DNA from: Patescibacteria group bacterium AH-259-L05
Lineage (GTDB): Bacteria; Patescibacteriota; Patescibacteriia; UBA2591; UBA6264
Direction of reading: 5' to 3'
Assembly: GCA_027717985.1 (NCBI GenBank)
Contig: JALLOO010000001.1
Coordinates: 16,534 to 80,533, forward strand
Length of the DNA stretch: 64,000 nt
Under the pieces are notes generated by a model. It saw nothing but the letters and a program-made list of their open reading frames with translations. It was not told where the DNA came from and searched no databases. Shown here piece by piece: positions 25,719 through 35,314 of this stretch. The position numbers and the translations under genes were made by a program. Position 1 is the stretch's first letter, and every line of letters begins with the position of its first letter.

Positions 25719-25917
25719 AGGTAACCTCCTCGGTTGTGTTAAAGAGCTCTTTCGTTTCTAATAAGATAGCACATTTTGCTAAAAAAGTCAAGATTAATTT
25801 GATAATTCGACTTTTTGTTTTTAAATGACTGCTATGATATAGTAGACTAGGTAGAGCGATTAAAAAATAGAGCTTCAGTTAAGAAGCCCTATTCTCTTAT
25901 TCGTATGGAAAGGATCG

Positions 25918-26739
25918 TTAGTCATTATTTTGCCATTCGAGAACCGCAAAGATGGGTCGATGATCTGAGGCAACTGTTTCAGGGATGACGTACACTTCTA
26001 TGACCTTCCATTGATCTTGAGGGTGGTAAAGAATGTAGTCGATCTGACGCCTTGGGGAATGTGATGGTGCGGTTTTTAAGTCTTTGCCATCACTGGCAAT
26101 TGACCAGATTCGTTTAAAAATAGCGAGCGTACGGCTTTCGGGGACATCGTTGAGATCACCAGTTAAAATCATAGGACTCCCCAACGTTGTACTAACGATT
26201 GTTTCAATACTATCTACTTCAGCAAGCCGTTCAGTATCAGTTGTCCTGAAATCAAGATGGGTAGCAAAAAGTCGTAGCGCAACGTCATCACGATTGCCTT
26301 CTCTAGAGATTCCCAACTCTACCTCGAGCATCCCTCGTTGTTCAATAAAATGAACATAGGGAAGCAGGTGATTTCTGTATTGAATGATTGGAAGCCGTGT
26401 CAGTACCGCACTGCCATATTCGCCGTCGTAGTATGCGTTTGGTTCAAAAATTGCGGTAAGGCCAGTGAGTCGCGCAAGTTCTGCAGGCTGATCAACCCCA
26501 TTCGTGCGTGACATGCCTCGATCTACTTCTTGGAGCGCCACAATGTCAGGATTAGTAGCATTGATGATTTCAGCGATTCGTTCCAAATCAATAACCCCGT
26601 CTGTTCCTTCGCCGTGATGGATGTTATAACTCAAGACGCGGAGTTGAATGGGTTCTGCCTGAATTGATTCGGTTGGCCCTTCACAGGCGGTGACAGAAAA
26701 CAGAAGGGATAAACAGAGAATGCGAACAGATAGTTTCAT
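25918..26739 (-). CDS. Endonuclease/exonuclease/phosphatase (EEP) family lipoprotein
   Basis: Signal peptide with a lipobox (LLFSVTAC). LRVLSYNIHHGEG, IVALQEVD and a C-terminal SDHRPI are EEP hallmarks. AGGAGG SD upstream. Confidence 0.75.
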   Translation of the reverse strand: MKLSVRILCLSLLFSVTACEGPTESIQAEPIQLRVLSYNIHHGEGTDGVIDLERIAEIINATNPDIVALQEVDRGMSRTNGVDQPAELARLTGLTAIFEPNAYYDGEYGSAVLTRLPIIQYRNHLLPYVHFIEQRGMLEVELGISREGNRDDVALRLFATHLDFRTTDTERLAEVDSIETIVSTTLGSPMILTGDLNDVPESRTLAIFKRIWSIASDGKDLKTAPSHSPRRQIDYILYHPQDQWKVIEVYVIPETVASDHRPIFAVLEWQNND

Positions 26740-26834
26740 TTCGTTTTTCCTCCTTTGTGAAAGATTGTTTGTTGTCTATGGTAACTCTTTATTTATAGTT
26801 TAGCACAAAAATGGCTTTTTGTTAATATAATAAT

Positions 26835-26863
26835 TTGACAAATAAGTAAGATTTGCATATAAT
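26835..26863 (+). promoter_or_regulatory. Consensus sigma70 promoter (TTGACA-17 nt-TATAAT) for metE
   Basis: ttgaca at 26835-26840 and tataat at 26858-26863. The leader is only about 30 nt and ends in a caggag SD. Confidence 0.6.
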
Positions 26864-26900
26864 AAGTGCAGTTATTTACTAATTAAACAGGAGAAAAAAT

Positions 26901-29084
26901 ATGGAAACATATGCGTATGGTTTTCCGCGTTTGGGAACAAACAGGGAGTATAAAAAGCTGATTGAAGGATTTTGGCGCGGGAAAGTATCAGAAGAGGAGC
27001 TACGGTCTGGTTTAGAAAATTTAGAAGAAGGAAGAATAGCTTTGTATCAGAAATATGTTGATTATTTCCCCTCAGGTGAGATGACATTATATGATCCAAT
27101 GTTAGATATGGCTTTAATGCTTGGGATATATACGTGCGAAAATTTTGACCAGTATTTTGACCTCTGTCGAGGTAAAAATGCGCTGGAGTTGACCAAGTGG
27201 TTTAATACTAATTACCATTATTTGGTCCCAGAGATATCATCTATCCCCAAACCATCAAAAGTGCGGTCAGCAAAAAAGAAGTTTGACAAGTTATGTATTC
27301 AAAAACAAGGTATCCCGTATCTGGTTGGTCCGTTTACGTTTTTAAAACTATCAAAAGGATATGAAAAAGAAAAGTTTGAACAGCATTTGATCTCATTAGC
27401 TCATGCATACACTGAACTGATAAAAGGCCATGACATGGTTCACCTTGATGAGCCTGCATTTGTACAAGATATCACTGATCATGAAAAAGAATTAATTCAG
27501 CGCGCCTATGAGATAATGAATCAAGCTCATAAAGATATTTTCTTGTTTACCTACTACGACAGCGTGGATTTCTTAGAAGAGGTGTATCAGTTACCGGTAA
27601 AAGGCATTGGACTCGACTTGATTTATGGAAGTAAAAATCTTGATTTTATCAAAGAACATGGGTTTCCTGAAACTAAGATTTTGATAGCGGGGCTCGTTGA
27701 TGGCAGAAATGTATGGCGGACAAATATTGAAGAAGCGGTAGAGATACTTAATGAATTATCGTTGTATGCTCCTGATCTCATGGTTTCTAATGCATCACCA
27801 TTATATCATTTGCCCGTAACGATTGAAGGTGAACAGCTCGATCCTCGCTTGCTTGAGAAGCTCTCGTTTGCACAAGAGCGTTTATACGAACTTCAGCTTA
27901 TTGGTCAAGCATATGAAGGCGAGCTTGGAAAAGAAGTACAGGCATGGAGTAGCACAGATGATACAAACTATTTTGCTGTTGATAAAAAGGTAGGACACAG
28001 ACTTAAGAAACTGCAAGAGACTGATTTTACGAGATCAGTCCCTTATACAGAACGGGTTGAAATTCAGAAAAAAGTGTTGAATCTTCCGCTGTTTCCTACG
28101 ACTACGATTGGCAGCTATCCGCAGACAAAAGAAGTAAGAAAAGCGCGTGCTGGTTTTAAGACGGGAAGAATGAGTAAAGACAATTATGATGCGTTTGTGA
28201 GAGAAAAAATATCTGATTTGATTAGTTTTCAAGAAGATAGCGGTCTTGATGTTTTAGTTCATGGCGAGTTTGAACGATCTGATATGGTTGAGTTTTTTGC
28301 ACAAAAACTCAATGGTATAGTGACGACAAAAAATGGATGGATTATCTCCTATGGTACACGAGGATACCGTCCGCCTATTATCCATGGTGATATTTCTCGA
28401 CAAGAGCCAATGACGGTGAAAGAAGTTACGTATGCGCAGAGCTTAACTGATAAACCGGTTAAGGGAATGTTGACCGGTCCGGTTACCATTATTGCGTGGA
28501 GTTATGTTAGAGATGATATCCCTGTTGATGAGGTTGCATATTCTATTGCCCTGTGCCACCAAGATGAGATTAAGGATTATGAAGAAAATGGCATTCAAAT
28601 TGTCCAGATTGATGAGCCAGCATTTCGAGAAAAAGCACCACTGAAGAAAAGAGATTGGGATATATATTTTGACTGGGCGGTTAAAGCGTTTCGTCTTGCA
28701 TCGAATACAAAGCCAGAAACCCAGATTCATACCCATATGTGTTATTCAGAATTTTCAGAGATTATTGACTATATTGTAGATATGGATTTTGATGTTATTT
28801 CAATTGAGGCAGCACGGTCGCGAGCAGATATTATACAGGTGTTTTCAAAAACCGGATTTAGCCGACAAATTGGATTAGGCGTGTGGGATATTCATTCACC
28901 AGCAGTCCCACGTGCATCTCAGATGGAAGCAATTGTGGAAGAAGTGGCAAAGGTCGTGCCTATTGAAAATATTTGGATAAATCCTGATTGTGGACTCAAG
29001 ACAAGAAAATGGGAAGAAACCAAAGCTTCGCTTAAAAATTTAGTAAAAGCAACACAACGTTTGCGCAAAAAATATGCTTCGTAG
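26901..29084 (+). CDS. metE: Cobalamin-independent methionine synthase (5-methyltetrahydropteroyltriglutamate--homocysteine methyltransferase)
   Basis: 727 aa with two Meth_synt-like halves. N-term YAYGFPRLGTNREYKKLIEGFW. C-terminal half has TTIGSYPQT, DEPAFRE, HMCYSEF and NPDCGLKTR. Confidence 0.85.
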   Translation: METYAYGFPRLGTNREYKKLIEGFWRGKVSEEELRSGLENLEEGRIALYQKYVDYFPSGEMTLYDPMLDMALMLGIYTCENFDQYFDLCRGKNALELTKWFNTNYHYLVPEISSIPKPSKVRSAKKKFDKLCIQKQGIPYLVGPFTFLKLSKGYEKEKFEQHLISLAHAYTELIKGHDMVHLDEPAFVQDITDHEKELIQRAYEIMNQAHKDIFLFTYYDSVDFLEEVYQLPVKGIGLDLIYGSKNLDFIKEHGFPETKILIAGLVDGRNVWRTNIEEAVEILNELSLYAPDLMVSNASPLYHLPVTIEGEQLDPRLLEKLSFAQERLYELQLIGQAYEGELGKEVQAWSSTDDTNYFAVDKKVGHRLKKLQETDFTRSVPYTERVEIQKKVLNLPLFPTTTIGSYPQTKEVRKARAGFKTGRMSKDNYDAFVREKISDLISFQEDSGLDVLVHGEFERSDMVEFFAQKLNGIVTTKNGWIISYGTRGYRPPIIHGDISRQEPMTVKEVTYAQSLTDKPVKGMLTGPVTIIAWSYVRDDIPVDEVAYSIALCHQDEIKDYEENGIQIVQIDEPAFREKAPLKKRDWDIYFDWAVKAFRLASNTKPETQIHTHMCYSEFSEIIDYIVDMDFDVISIEAARSRADIIQVFSKTGFSRQIGLGVWDIHSPAVPRASQMEAIVEEVAKVVPIENIWINPDCGLKTRKWEETKASLKNLVKATQRLRKKYAS

Positions 29085-29117
29085 CATTACGGAGCATATT
29101 TTTAATTTCCCACCTCC

Positions 29118-29157
29118 GATCCCCGATGTCCAAGAGGACATCGGGGATCTTATTCTT
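29118..29157 (+). terminator. Rho-independent terminator after metE
   Basis: 13-bp stem gatccccgatgtc / gacatcggggatc (29118-29130 and 29137-29149) followed by ttattctt. Confidence 0.7.
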
Positions 29158-29159
29158 GC

Positions 29160-29189
29160 TTGACAAAAGGATTTTCTGTTTTATATAAT
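29160..29189 (+). promoter_or_regulatory. Sigma70-like promoter (TTGACA-18 nt-TATAAT); htrA looks leaderless
   Basis: ttgaca at 29160-29165 and tataat at 29184-29189. ATG 29197 lies 7 nt after the -10 box with no SD. Confidence 0.55.
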
Positions 29190-29196
29190 AGTATAT

Positions 29197-30546
29197 ATGA
29201 AGAAACCAAATACAAAATGGCAAAAATCTCTTATTACAGTGGCTGTAATAAGCTTGTTAGTTGGTACATTATCAGGGACGATAGCAGGCTTTTATGCAGC
29301 TAATCTTGTTGCACGTGGTGATACCCCTTTTTTGTATTCTCTTTTGTATCAGAAACTATTTCGCCCTTCAGAAATAGTTGAAGTAGATAAAGGGCCGGTT
29401 GAAACAATTCGAGAAGCTCCCTCTCCCGATTCCCGACTTCCCGCGGGAAGTCGGGAATCCGTAGTACGAGAAGTGGTGGATAATGAGACAAATGTTGTTG
29501 AGGTTGTAGAACAGGCATCTCCTTCAGTAGTTTCTATTGTAGTTTCAAAATATGTTTCTCGTTATTATAGCACGTTCCCACAATCGCCCTATGATGATTT
29601 TTTTGAGGAATTTTTTGGTCCATGGCCATTTGAAAGAGCACCTGCGCCACAAGAGGAAAAACAAAAGCAAGAAGTCGGCGGCGGTACCGGGTTTGTAATT
29701 TCTTCAAAAGATAAGCTTATTTTAACTAATAAGCATGTAGTTTCTGATGAAGAAGCAGAATATACGGTGGTAACCAATGAAGGCGATACGTATGAAGCAA
29801 AGGTATTAGCACGTGATCCGTTTAATGATATTGCGGTATTAAAAATAAATAGTGAGGAATTTAATTTAGATGAGATGGTATTAGGTAATTCAGATAATTT
29901 AAAAATTGGGCAGAGCGTGATCGCGATTGGTAATGCCTTGGGAGAGTATCGAAATACGGTGACCAAGGGTGTTATTAGCGGCATTGGCCGCCGTGTGGTT
30001 GCTGGTGATGCTATGGGACAGTCAGTAGTACTTGAGAACGTAATTCAAACTGATGCGGCCATTAATTTTGGTAATTCTGGCGGGCCATTGATTAATTTAA
30101 GCGGTGAGGTTATTGGTATTAATACCGCAATTAGTCGGGCTGGACAATTAATTGGATTCGCGATTCCTATTAATCAGGCAAAAGTAGTGGTAGAGAGCAT
30201 TAAAAAGTATGGCAAGATTGTACGGCCATTTTTAGGCGTGAGATATGTATTAATCAATGAAAAAATTGCAAAAGCAAATAATTTAGACATTGATTACGGT
30301 GCGTTAATTGTCAAAGGATCAAGAATAGAGGATTTGGCAGTTATTCCAGGGGCTCCTGCAGATAAAGCAGGATTGGTAGAAAATGATATTATTTTAGAAG
30401 TTAATGGAGCAAAAATTACTGAAAGTAGTTCACTTGCGAAACAAATTCAAAAGTATGAGCCAGGAGATGAGATTACACTAAAAATTCTTCACGACGGTGA
30501 AGAAAAAACCGTTACCGCAACTTTGGAAGAATATAAAGAGAAGTAA
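29197..30546 (+). CDS. htrA: HtrA/DegP-family serine protease with N-terminal membrane anchor and C-terminal PDZ domain
   Basis: GGGTGFVIS...LTNKHVV (His), NDIAVLKI (Asp), GNSGGPLINLSGEVIGINTA (Ser), and PDZ-like PGAPADKAGLVENDIILEVNG. Confidence 0.85.
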   Translation: MKKPNTKWQKSLITVAVISLLVGTLSGTIAGFYAANLVARGDTPFLYSLLYQKLFRPSEIVEVDKGPVETIREAPSPDSRLPAGSRESVVREVVDNETNVVEVVEQASPSVVSIVVSKYVSRYYSTFPQSPYDDFFEEFFGPWPFERAPAPQEEKQKQEVGGGTGFVISSKDKLILTNKHVVSDEEAEYTVVTNEGDTYEAKVLARDPFNDIAVLKINSEEFNLDEMVLGNSDNLKIGQSVIAIGNALGEYRNTVTKGVISGIGRRVVAGDAMGQSVVLENVIQTDAAINFGNSGGPLINLSGEVIGINTAISRAGQLIGFAIPINQAKVVVESIKKYGKIVRPFLGVRYVLINEKIAKANNLDIDYGALIVKGSRIEDLAVIPGAPADKAGLVENDIILEVNGAKITESSSLAKQIQKYEPGDEITLKILHDGEEKTVTATLEEYKEK

Positions 30547-30641
30547 CCAGGAGTACGTAACAGGTAATTTTTAAAATAAAAGGAGTCCTTACGACGGGCT
30601 CTTTTAAGATTGGTCAGGAGGGTTTGGGGAGGAGATTTTAA

Positions 30642-30672
30642 AAAGTCCGTCAACTAAGTTTTGACGGACTTT
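30642..30672. terminator. Bidirectional terminator hairpin between convergent htrA and hmgA
   Basis: aaagtccgtcaa / ttgacggacttt forms a 12-bp stem flanked by A/T runs on both sides. Confidence 0.6.
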
Positions 30673-30692
30673 GATGTGTTCACTATACAGGA

Positions 30693-31925
30693 TTATTTCT
30701 CTCTTGTTTTGTCTGATTTGTTGCTTTTTTGCTGTTCGAGTTCCTGATACTGTTCATACCACGAAGATTCGTAATTAGGGACCTCAACTTTTGTGGCATC
30801 CGGAAGCACCACCAATGGTGAGCGAACCTCGAGCATTGTTGCTATTCCATCATCCCAGGGGAGCGTTTTTTTAGAGAATTTCTGTTGATTCTGTTGCCAA
30901 AGGGCTTGTATATCTGGACCGTGAAAAATTCCTGGCGGATGAACCGTAGCAAATCCGTCTTTTATTTCTGGACGCGCGGTGTAGCCGCGATGGTTAAATA
31001 ATACCTCGGTAACGTAGTTTTTGTGATTATACGGAAGCGAATGTTTCCAGCTTGGTCGAAAAACTTGAAAGGAAGCACTCTCGTCCTCGGTTATGAAAAC
31101 AGTAAAAAGGGTTGGATCGACATGATAGTCTGGCGAAGTAAGCGTACGAATATCTTCCATATGCAGTATAAATGGATATAATTCTCCTTCCCATGCCACT
31201 GCATCAAACGGCGAAAAGGGATATTGCAAGAGTGTCCATACACCAGTATGCCGCTTTACATAGACCGGCCAGGTATTATCAGATGCTGGTGGATCTGAAA
31301 TCTTTTTTGGTTGAGATGGAACAAGTGAGCTTGGAACAAAAGGATATACACGGTTATGATGATGATGCGGTCGCATGATGCGCCCTCCAATACATTCATA
31401 AAGTAACAAGCAAACAGGCCCTGAACCTGTAAAAGCATATGTTGTTTGCCGTGGAAGTACAATAAGATCTCCTGTGGTATAGGTAAGTGTTCCAAAGTCA
31501 GTGTTTATTGTTCCCTTGCCGCTGTGGACAAAACAGAGCGTATGCGCTTGGGCATGGCGAAAACGATTTTGTGCATTTGTCTGTCCAGCTAAAACTGAAA
31601 CAACAACATCGTCTCCCCATAAGACGGGAACAGGAAAGCCATCCTGCGTTTCTAAATCTGTAAAATTAAAGGCCCGGCGTCCAATAGGCGTGGTGTCACG
31701 CATTACATGAAGCATACATCTAGGAAGATGTGGTCGATCAGCAGCTGATACTTTCTTGACAACCGTAGGGGGATGTTCGTGAATAACTTCTATAAGAAAA
31801 TCTAGTTTACGTGTCCAGAAACCTTTTGGCGCTCTTCCATTCAAGGGGAAGGGGATTTTGTTTTGTAAATCTTTTCGTACCGTCCGGAGTACAGGAAATT
31901 CTGCTTTTGTTGGTACATAATCCAT
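30693..31925 (-). CDS. hmgA: Homogentisate 1,2-dioxygenase-like cupin dioxygenase
   Basis: 410 aa. PYNHKNYVTEVLFNHRGYTARPEIKDGFATVHPPGIFHGPD resembles the HGD active-site region (PYYHRN..SEF...HGPD). It lies 12 nt downstream of a FAH-family gene. Confidence 0.65.
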   Translation of the reverse strand: MDYVPTKAEFPVLRTVRKDLQNKIPFPLNGRAPKGFWTRKLDFLIEVIHEHPPTVVKKVSAADRPHLPRCMLHVMRDTTPIGRRAFNFTDLETQDGFPVPVLWGDDVVVSVLAGQTNAQNRFRHAQAHTLCFVHSGKGTINTDFGTLTYTTGDLIVLPRQTTYAFTGSGPVCLLLYECIGGRIMRPHHHHNRVYPFVPSSLVPSQPKKISDPPASDNTWPVYVKRHTGVWTLLQYPFSPFDAVAWEGELYPFILHMEDIRTLTSPDYHVDPTLFTVFITEDESASFQVFRPSWKHSLPYNHKNYVTEVLFNHRGYTARPEIKDGFATVHPPGIFHGPDIQALWQQNQQKFSKKTLPWDDGIATMLEVRSPLVVLPDATKVEVPNYESSWYEQYQELEQQKSNKSDKTREK

Positions 31926-31937
31926 GTATTACCTCCT

Positions 31938-32663
31938 TTACTTTGTTTTTTTGTCTTTTGCGGGAAAGCCAATGCTATTGGAAAGTTGGCCGATTCCTTC
32001 AATTTCAAGCTTTACCGTATCACCAGGTTGAATCCAGCGATCCAATTCGGCGCCGCATCCACTACTAACAGTGCCTGATCCCAGAATTTCATCTGGAAAA
32101 ATCCAGCTATCTTGAGAGATATGGGCGATCATCTGTGCAAAGCTCCAGTAGATTGAGCCAAAACGTCCTTCGGACCAAAGTTCATCATTCACATATGCAC
32201 GCATATGTGGGCCCTTGTTCGGACTTTGACAAAGATTGGCAAGATCTGGCAGTTCATCAGCAGTGATGAGATAGGGGCCAAATGAGGGGCCAGGCTTTGC
32301 CATAACTGGACCGAGCCCGCCTTGCATTTCATCTCGCTGGATATCGCGACAGCTCCAATCGTTCATAATCATATATCCTGCAATATACTGGGAAGCTTCA
32401 CGTTCAGAAATATTAATTCCTTTTTTTCCGATCACACAGGCTAACTCAAGCTCGAAATCAAACTTTTCTTTGCAGTACCGAGGCCAAGGAATTACATCTC
32501 CATTGGCAGATACGTTCAGATGATTTCCTCGGTAGTGAAGTGGCATTTTGTACCATACATCGGGAACGCGCTTACCGCGTTTCTGGCGCAACGCCTTGAT
32601 GTGGTCCTCAAAGGCAATAAAGTCTCGAATCGCAGTAGGTTGTAGTAGCGCAGTTTGTTTCAC
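31938..32663 (-). CDS. Fumarylacetoacetate hydrolase (FAH) family protein
   Basis: GTG start after an AAGGAG SD. FDFELELACVIGKKG...AGYMIMNDWSCRDIQ and a C-terminal GDTVKLEIEGIG are typical of the FAH fold. Confidence 0.7.
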   Translation of the reverse strand: MKQTALLQPTAIRDFIAFEDHIKALRQKRGKRVPDVWYKMPLHYRGNHLNVSANGDVIPWPRYCKEKFDFELELACVIGKKGINISEREASQYIAGYMIMNDWSCRDIQRDEMQGGLGPVMAKPGPSFGPYLITADELPDLANLCQSPNKGPHMRAYVNDELWSEGRFGSIYWSFAQMIAHISQDSWIFPDEILGSGTVSSGCGAELDRWIQPGDTVKLEIEGIGQLSNSIGFPAKDKKTK

Positions 32664-32806
32664 TATCTACTCCTTTCTATTTGAATTTATATGTGTGAAA
32701 GAACCTTCTTTCACCTCCACTATACAGTATACATATTTTCATATTTCTGTCAAGAGCTTTTTGGTAAACAAATAAGAGCCCTAAGACAGGGCTCTTTATA
32801 CGTTTA

Positions 32807-33340
32807 TTATTTGCCTGCATATTTTTTAGCAAGGTGGTTGATGTTTTTAACTGCGATTATTCCATCCACGATGCGCGTAAATGCAGGATTTTTTGATCCA
32901 GGAGTTGTAAAGTAAACAATACACGAGCCTGTTACTAATCCGGTTACGGCAAGTGTAGTAAATCGTTCTTTTGTTAGTTTTTCTCCTTGAATAAAATCAA
33001 AAATAATATCACCAACTTCAAGAATAAATATCCCGCCAAAGAGTATAAAGTTAAAAGCAGAGATTGTTTCCGTTCCTATATTTTTATTAGATGCGAGTGC
33101 GCTGTGAAGCGTTAATCCTGAGACAGTGTTATAAATAAGAAGCTCTGTATATGAATATGGATCTGAATTTTTGGTATATGCATTTGCTGAATCATTTTGC
33201 GTTTTTACGGATTCTACTATGATATGGGTGCTATCGATTTCCACTATCTTTACTTCCCATATCTCTGGTTGAGCGGTTTGTCCGAGTCCGGCATTTGTCA
33301 AAAATAAAGAAATGACAACCAGGCCAATAATTTTTTTCAC
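32807..33340 (-). CDS. Hypothetical exported/membrane protein (177 aa from GTG 33340)
   Basis: An AGGAGG SD lies 8 nt before the GTG. Signal-like KKIIGLVVISLFLTNAGLG and two C-terminal hydrophobic segments. The ORF-track start at 33379 lacks an SD. Confidence 0.55.
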   Translation of the reverse strand: MKKIIGLVVISLFLTNAGLGQTAQPEIWEVKIVEIDSTHIIVESVKTQNDSANAYTKNSDPYSYTELLIYNTVSGLTLHSALASNKNIGTETISAFNFILFGGIFILEVGDIIFDFIQGEKLTKERFTTLAVTGLVTGSCIVYFTTPGSKNPAFTRIVDGIIAVKNINHLAKKYAGK

Positions 33341-33546
33341 GTGTTTTTCCTCCTTGTATTGGTTAAAAAGAGCTGACATTATAGATTATACTGTTTTATA
33401 TAGATCAATCAATAATAGTTTTCCACAATGCCCGTGCCATATTTTTTTTATTGTTATTCCAAAAGATAAAAAGAAAAAGCACTGAATGACAATATAGACA
33501 ATAAACAAAAGGAGCCCTTACGGGCTCTTTGTTAGAGAAGTCAGTG

Positions 33547-33927
33547 TTAGTTTGTGTCTTTAGTATCTCGTGGAAGAATTTGGACTCCGTTGATGCGAAC
33601 GGTTTGTGTGAGAGGGAGATATATATCTCTTCCAAGTGCAAAGCTATATCCTACCATGATTAAGCCCTGCTTTACACTACCCCAGTAATTAGTTAGGTTT
33701 GATCCAATCGCATGTGTGGTGACGGGCCTTATAAAGAAAGGGTCGTCACTGCTTACCTCTACCTTACTCGTTTTCGGATCAAGCATCTTAAGTCTGTAGG
33801 TATGATTTAAGGTGTCGATTTCAATAACATCTCCCACCTGTAATTTTTTAACAGAAATACCATCTTCCTTGGCTGTTTTATCTATTCGTGCAGAAAGCCG
33901 GGGGTCAAGATTAGGATGATCAAACAT
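33547..33927 (-). CDS. Hypothetical protein (126 aa from ATG 33927)
   Basis: An AGGAGG SD precedes MFDHPNLDPRLSARIDK. No motif recognised. Confidence 0.55.
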   Translation of the reverse strand: MFDHPNLDPRLSARIDKTAKEDGISVKKLQVGDVIEIDTLNHTYRLKMLDPKTSKVEVSSDDPFFIRPVTTHAIGSNLTNYWGSVKQGLIMVGYSFALGRDIYLPLTQTVRINGVQILPRDTKDTN

Positions 33928-33968
33928 GGCTATCCTCCTATTTTGATGTTTTTGATTGTTATATCTAT

Positions 33969-33997
33969 ATTTTAACAAATTTAAGACCGTTTGTCAA
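33969..33997 (-). promoter_or_regulatory. Sigma70-like promoter (TTGACA-17 nt-TAAAAT) for the 126-aa gene
   Basis: The minus-strand ttgaca is the complement of 33992-33997 and taaaat is the complement of 33969-33974. The -35 box is half of the palindrome tgtcaaGttgaca. Confidence 0.45.
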
Positions 33998-34103
33998 GTT
34001 GACATGGCGTTTATGGGACCGGACATTATCCACACAATGGTATACAAAAGATGTATATATGTTATAGTAATAGCACGTTAAAGAATTTTTAAATACATAC
34101 TAT

Positions 34104-35270
34104 ATGGCAAAGAAAATTACGCTTTCATCTATTAAAGCTGATATAGGTAGTATTGGCGGGCATACGCGGCCAACACAAGCAATGATGAAAGGTGCAGAGC
34201 AGTGTGTGAAAGATGCAATAAAAAAAGGTTTACTCGTTGATGGGTTGGCAATATCTACGGGCGATGACATTAATTTGTTGATGAGCCATACTTATGGCGT
34301 TAATGCCGAATCTGTTCATACCTTTGCGTGGAATTGCTTTAAAGATTTGACCAAGATTGCACAAAAACAGGGGCTTTATGGTGCAGGGCAAGATTTATTA
34401 GTTGACGCACCTGCGGGTACGGTTCGTGGTGCGGGTCCGGCTGTTGCTGAAATTGAATTTGAGCGCGATGCTCATAGCAAAGATCGGCCAGCAGAAGCAT
34501 TTTTAGTATTTGCTGCTGATAAGTGTTCGCCCGGCGCATATAATCTTCCATTTTATTTAGTGTTTTGTGATCCAAACCATTGCGGCGGGTTGTTATTAAG
34601 TCCTAAAATGCATAAAGGCTTTATTATTGAAATTATTGATATGGATTATAAAAGTAGGGATGCAGATCGAATTATTCAATTGTCCGTGCCCGAGGGAGCA
34701 TGGGATGTGGTTGCTTTGCTTCATGACATTAATCGGTTTGCAATAAAAGCAATTTATTCCCGCTATAAGGAAGATGAACAAATTGTATCAGTATCTGCCG
34801 ACAGATTGCACAACATTGCGGGGACCTATACAGGCAAAGATGATCCTGTAGCAATTGTACGCACTCAGGGAATTTTTCCTGCACCTGAAGAAGTCGTGGG
34901 CCCATTTAGTGAAACATTTTATGTTACCGGTGATGCACGTGGGTCTCATACTATGCCTTTGATGCCGGTTGCGATTAATACGCCTGTTACGGGAAAGTAT
35001 TGTATTCCTATAGTAAGTTGTTGCGCCTTTTCTATGGATAAAGATGGAAAGTTTGGTGGACTTTCTTCAAGTCATAGCTATGTTGATATGTTTGGCCAAG
35101 TATATTGGGATCGGGCGCGATTCCAAGCGCAGGAGCAAGCCGAGATTATGCGAAAGCATGGCGCGTTTGGTGTTGCTATGGCTGAAAAAACTGAATTGTC
35201 ATATACTGGCCTAGAAGATACACTTAAAGTATTAGATAAAGAATTTAAAATAAAAAAACACACTAAGTAG
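34104..35270 (+). CDS. fbp: Fructose-1,6-bisphosphate aldolase/phosphatase (class V, archaeal-type FBPase)
   Basis: 388 aa. N-term KITLSSIKADIGSIGGHTRP matches the (V/I)IKAD(I/V)G(S/G)xxGH start of bifunctional FBP aldolase/phosphatases. The length fits the family. Confidence 0.75.
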   Translation: MAKKITLSSIKADIGSIGGHTRPTQAMMKGAEQCVKDAIKKGLLVDGLAISTGDDINLLMSHTYGVNAESVHTFAWNCFKDLTKIAQKQGLYGAGQDLLVDAPAGTVRGAGPAVAEIEFERDAHSKDRPAEAFLVFAADKCSPGAYNLPFYLVFCDPNHCGGLLLSPKMHKGFIIEIIDMDYKSRDADRIIQLSVPEGAWDVVALLHDINRFAIKAIYSRYKEDEQIVSVSADRLHNIAGTYTGKDDPVAIVRTQGIFPAPEEVVGPFSETFYVTGDARGSHTMPLMPVAINTPVTGKYCIPIVSCCAFSMDKDGKFGGLSSSHSYVDMFGQVYWDRARFQAQEQAEIMRKHGAFGVAMAEKTELSYTGLEDTLKVLDKEFKIKKHTK

Positions 35271-35314
35271 TTTTTGTTTTTAATAAAGACTCCAGATTTG
35301 ATGGAATCTTTTAT

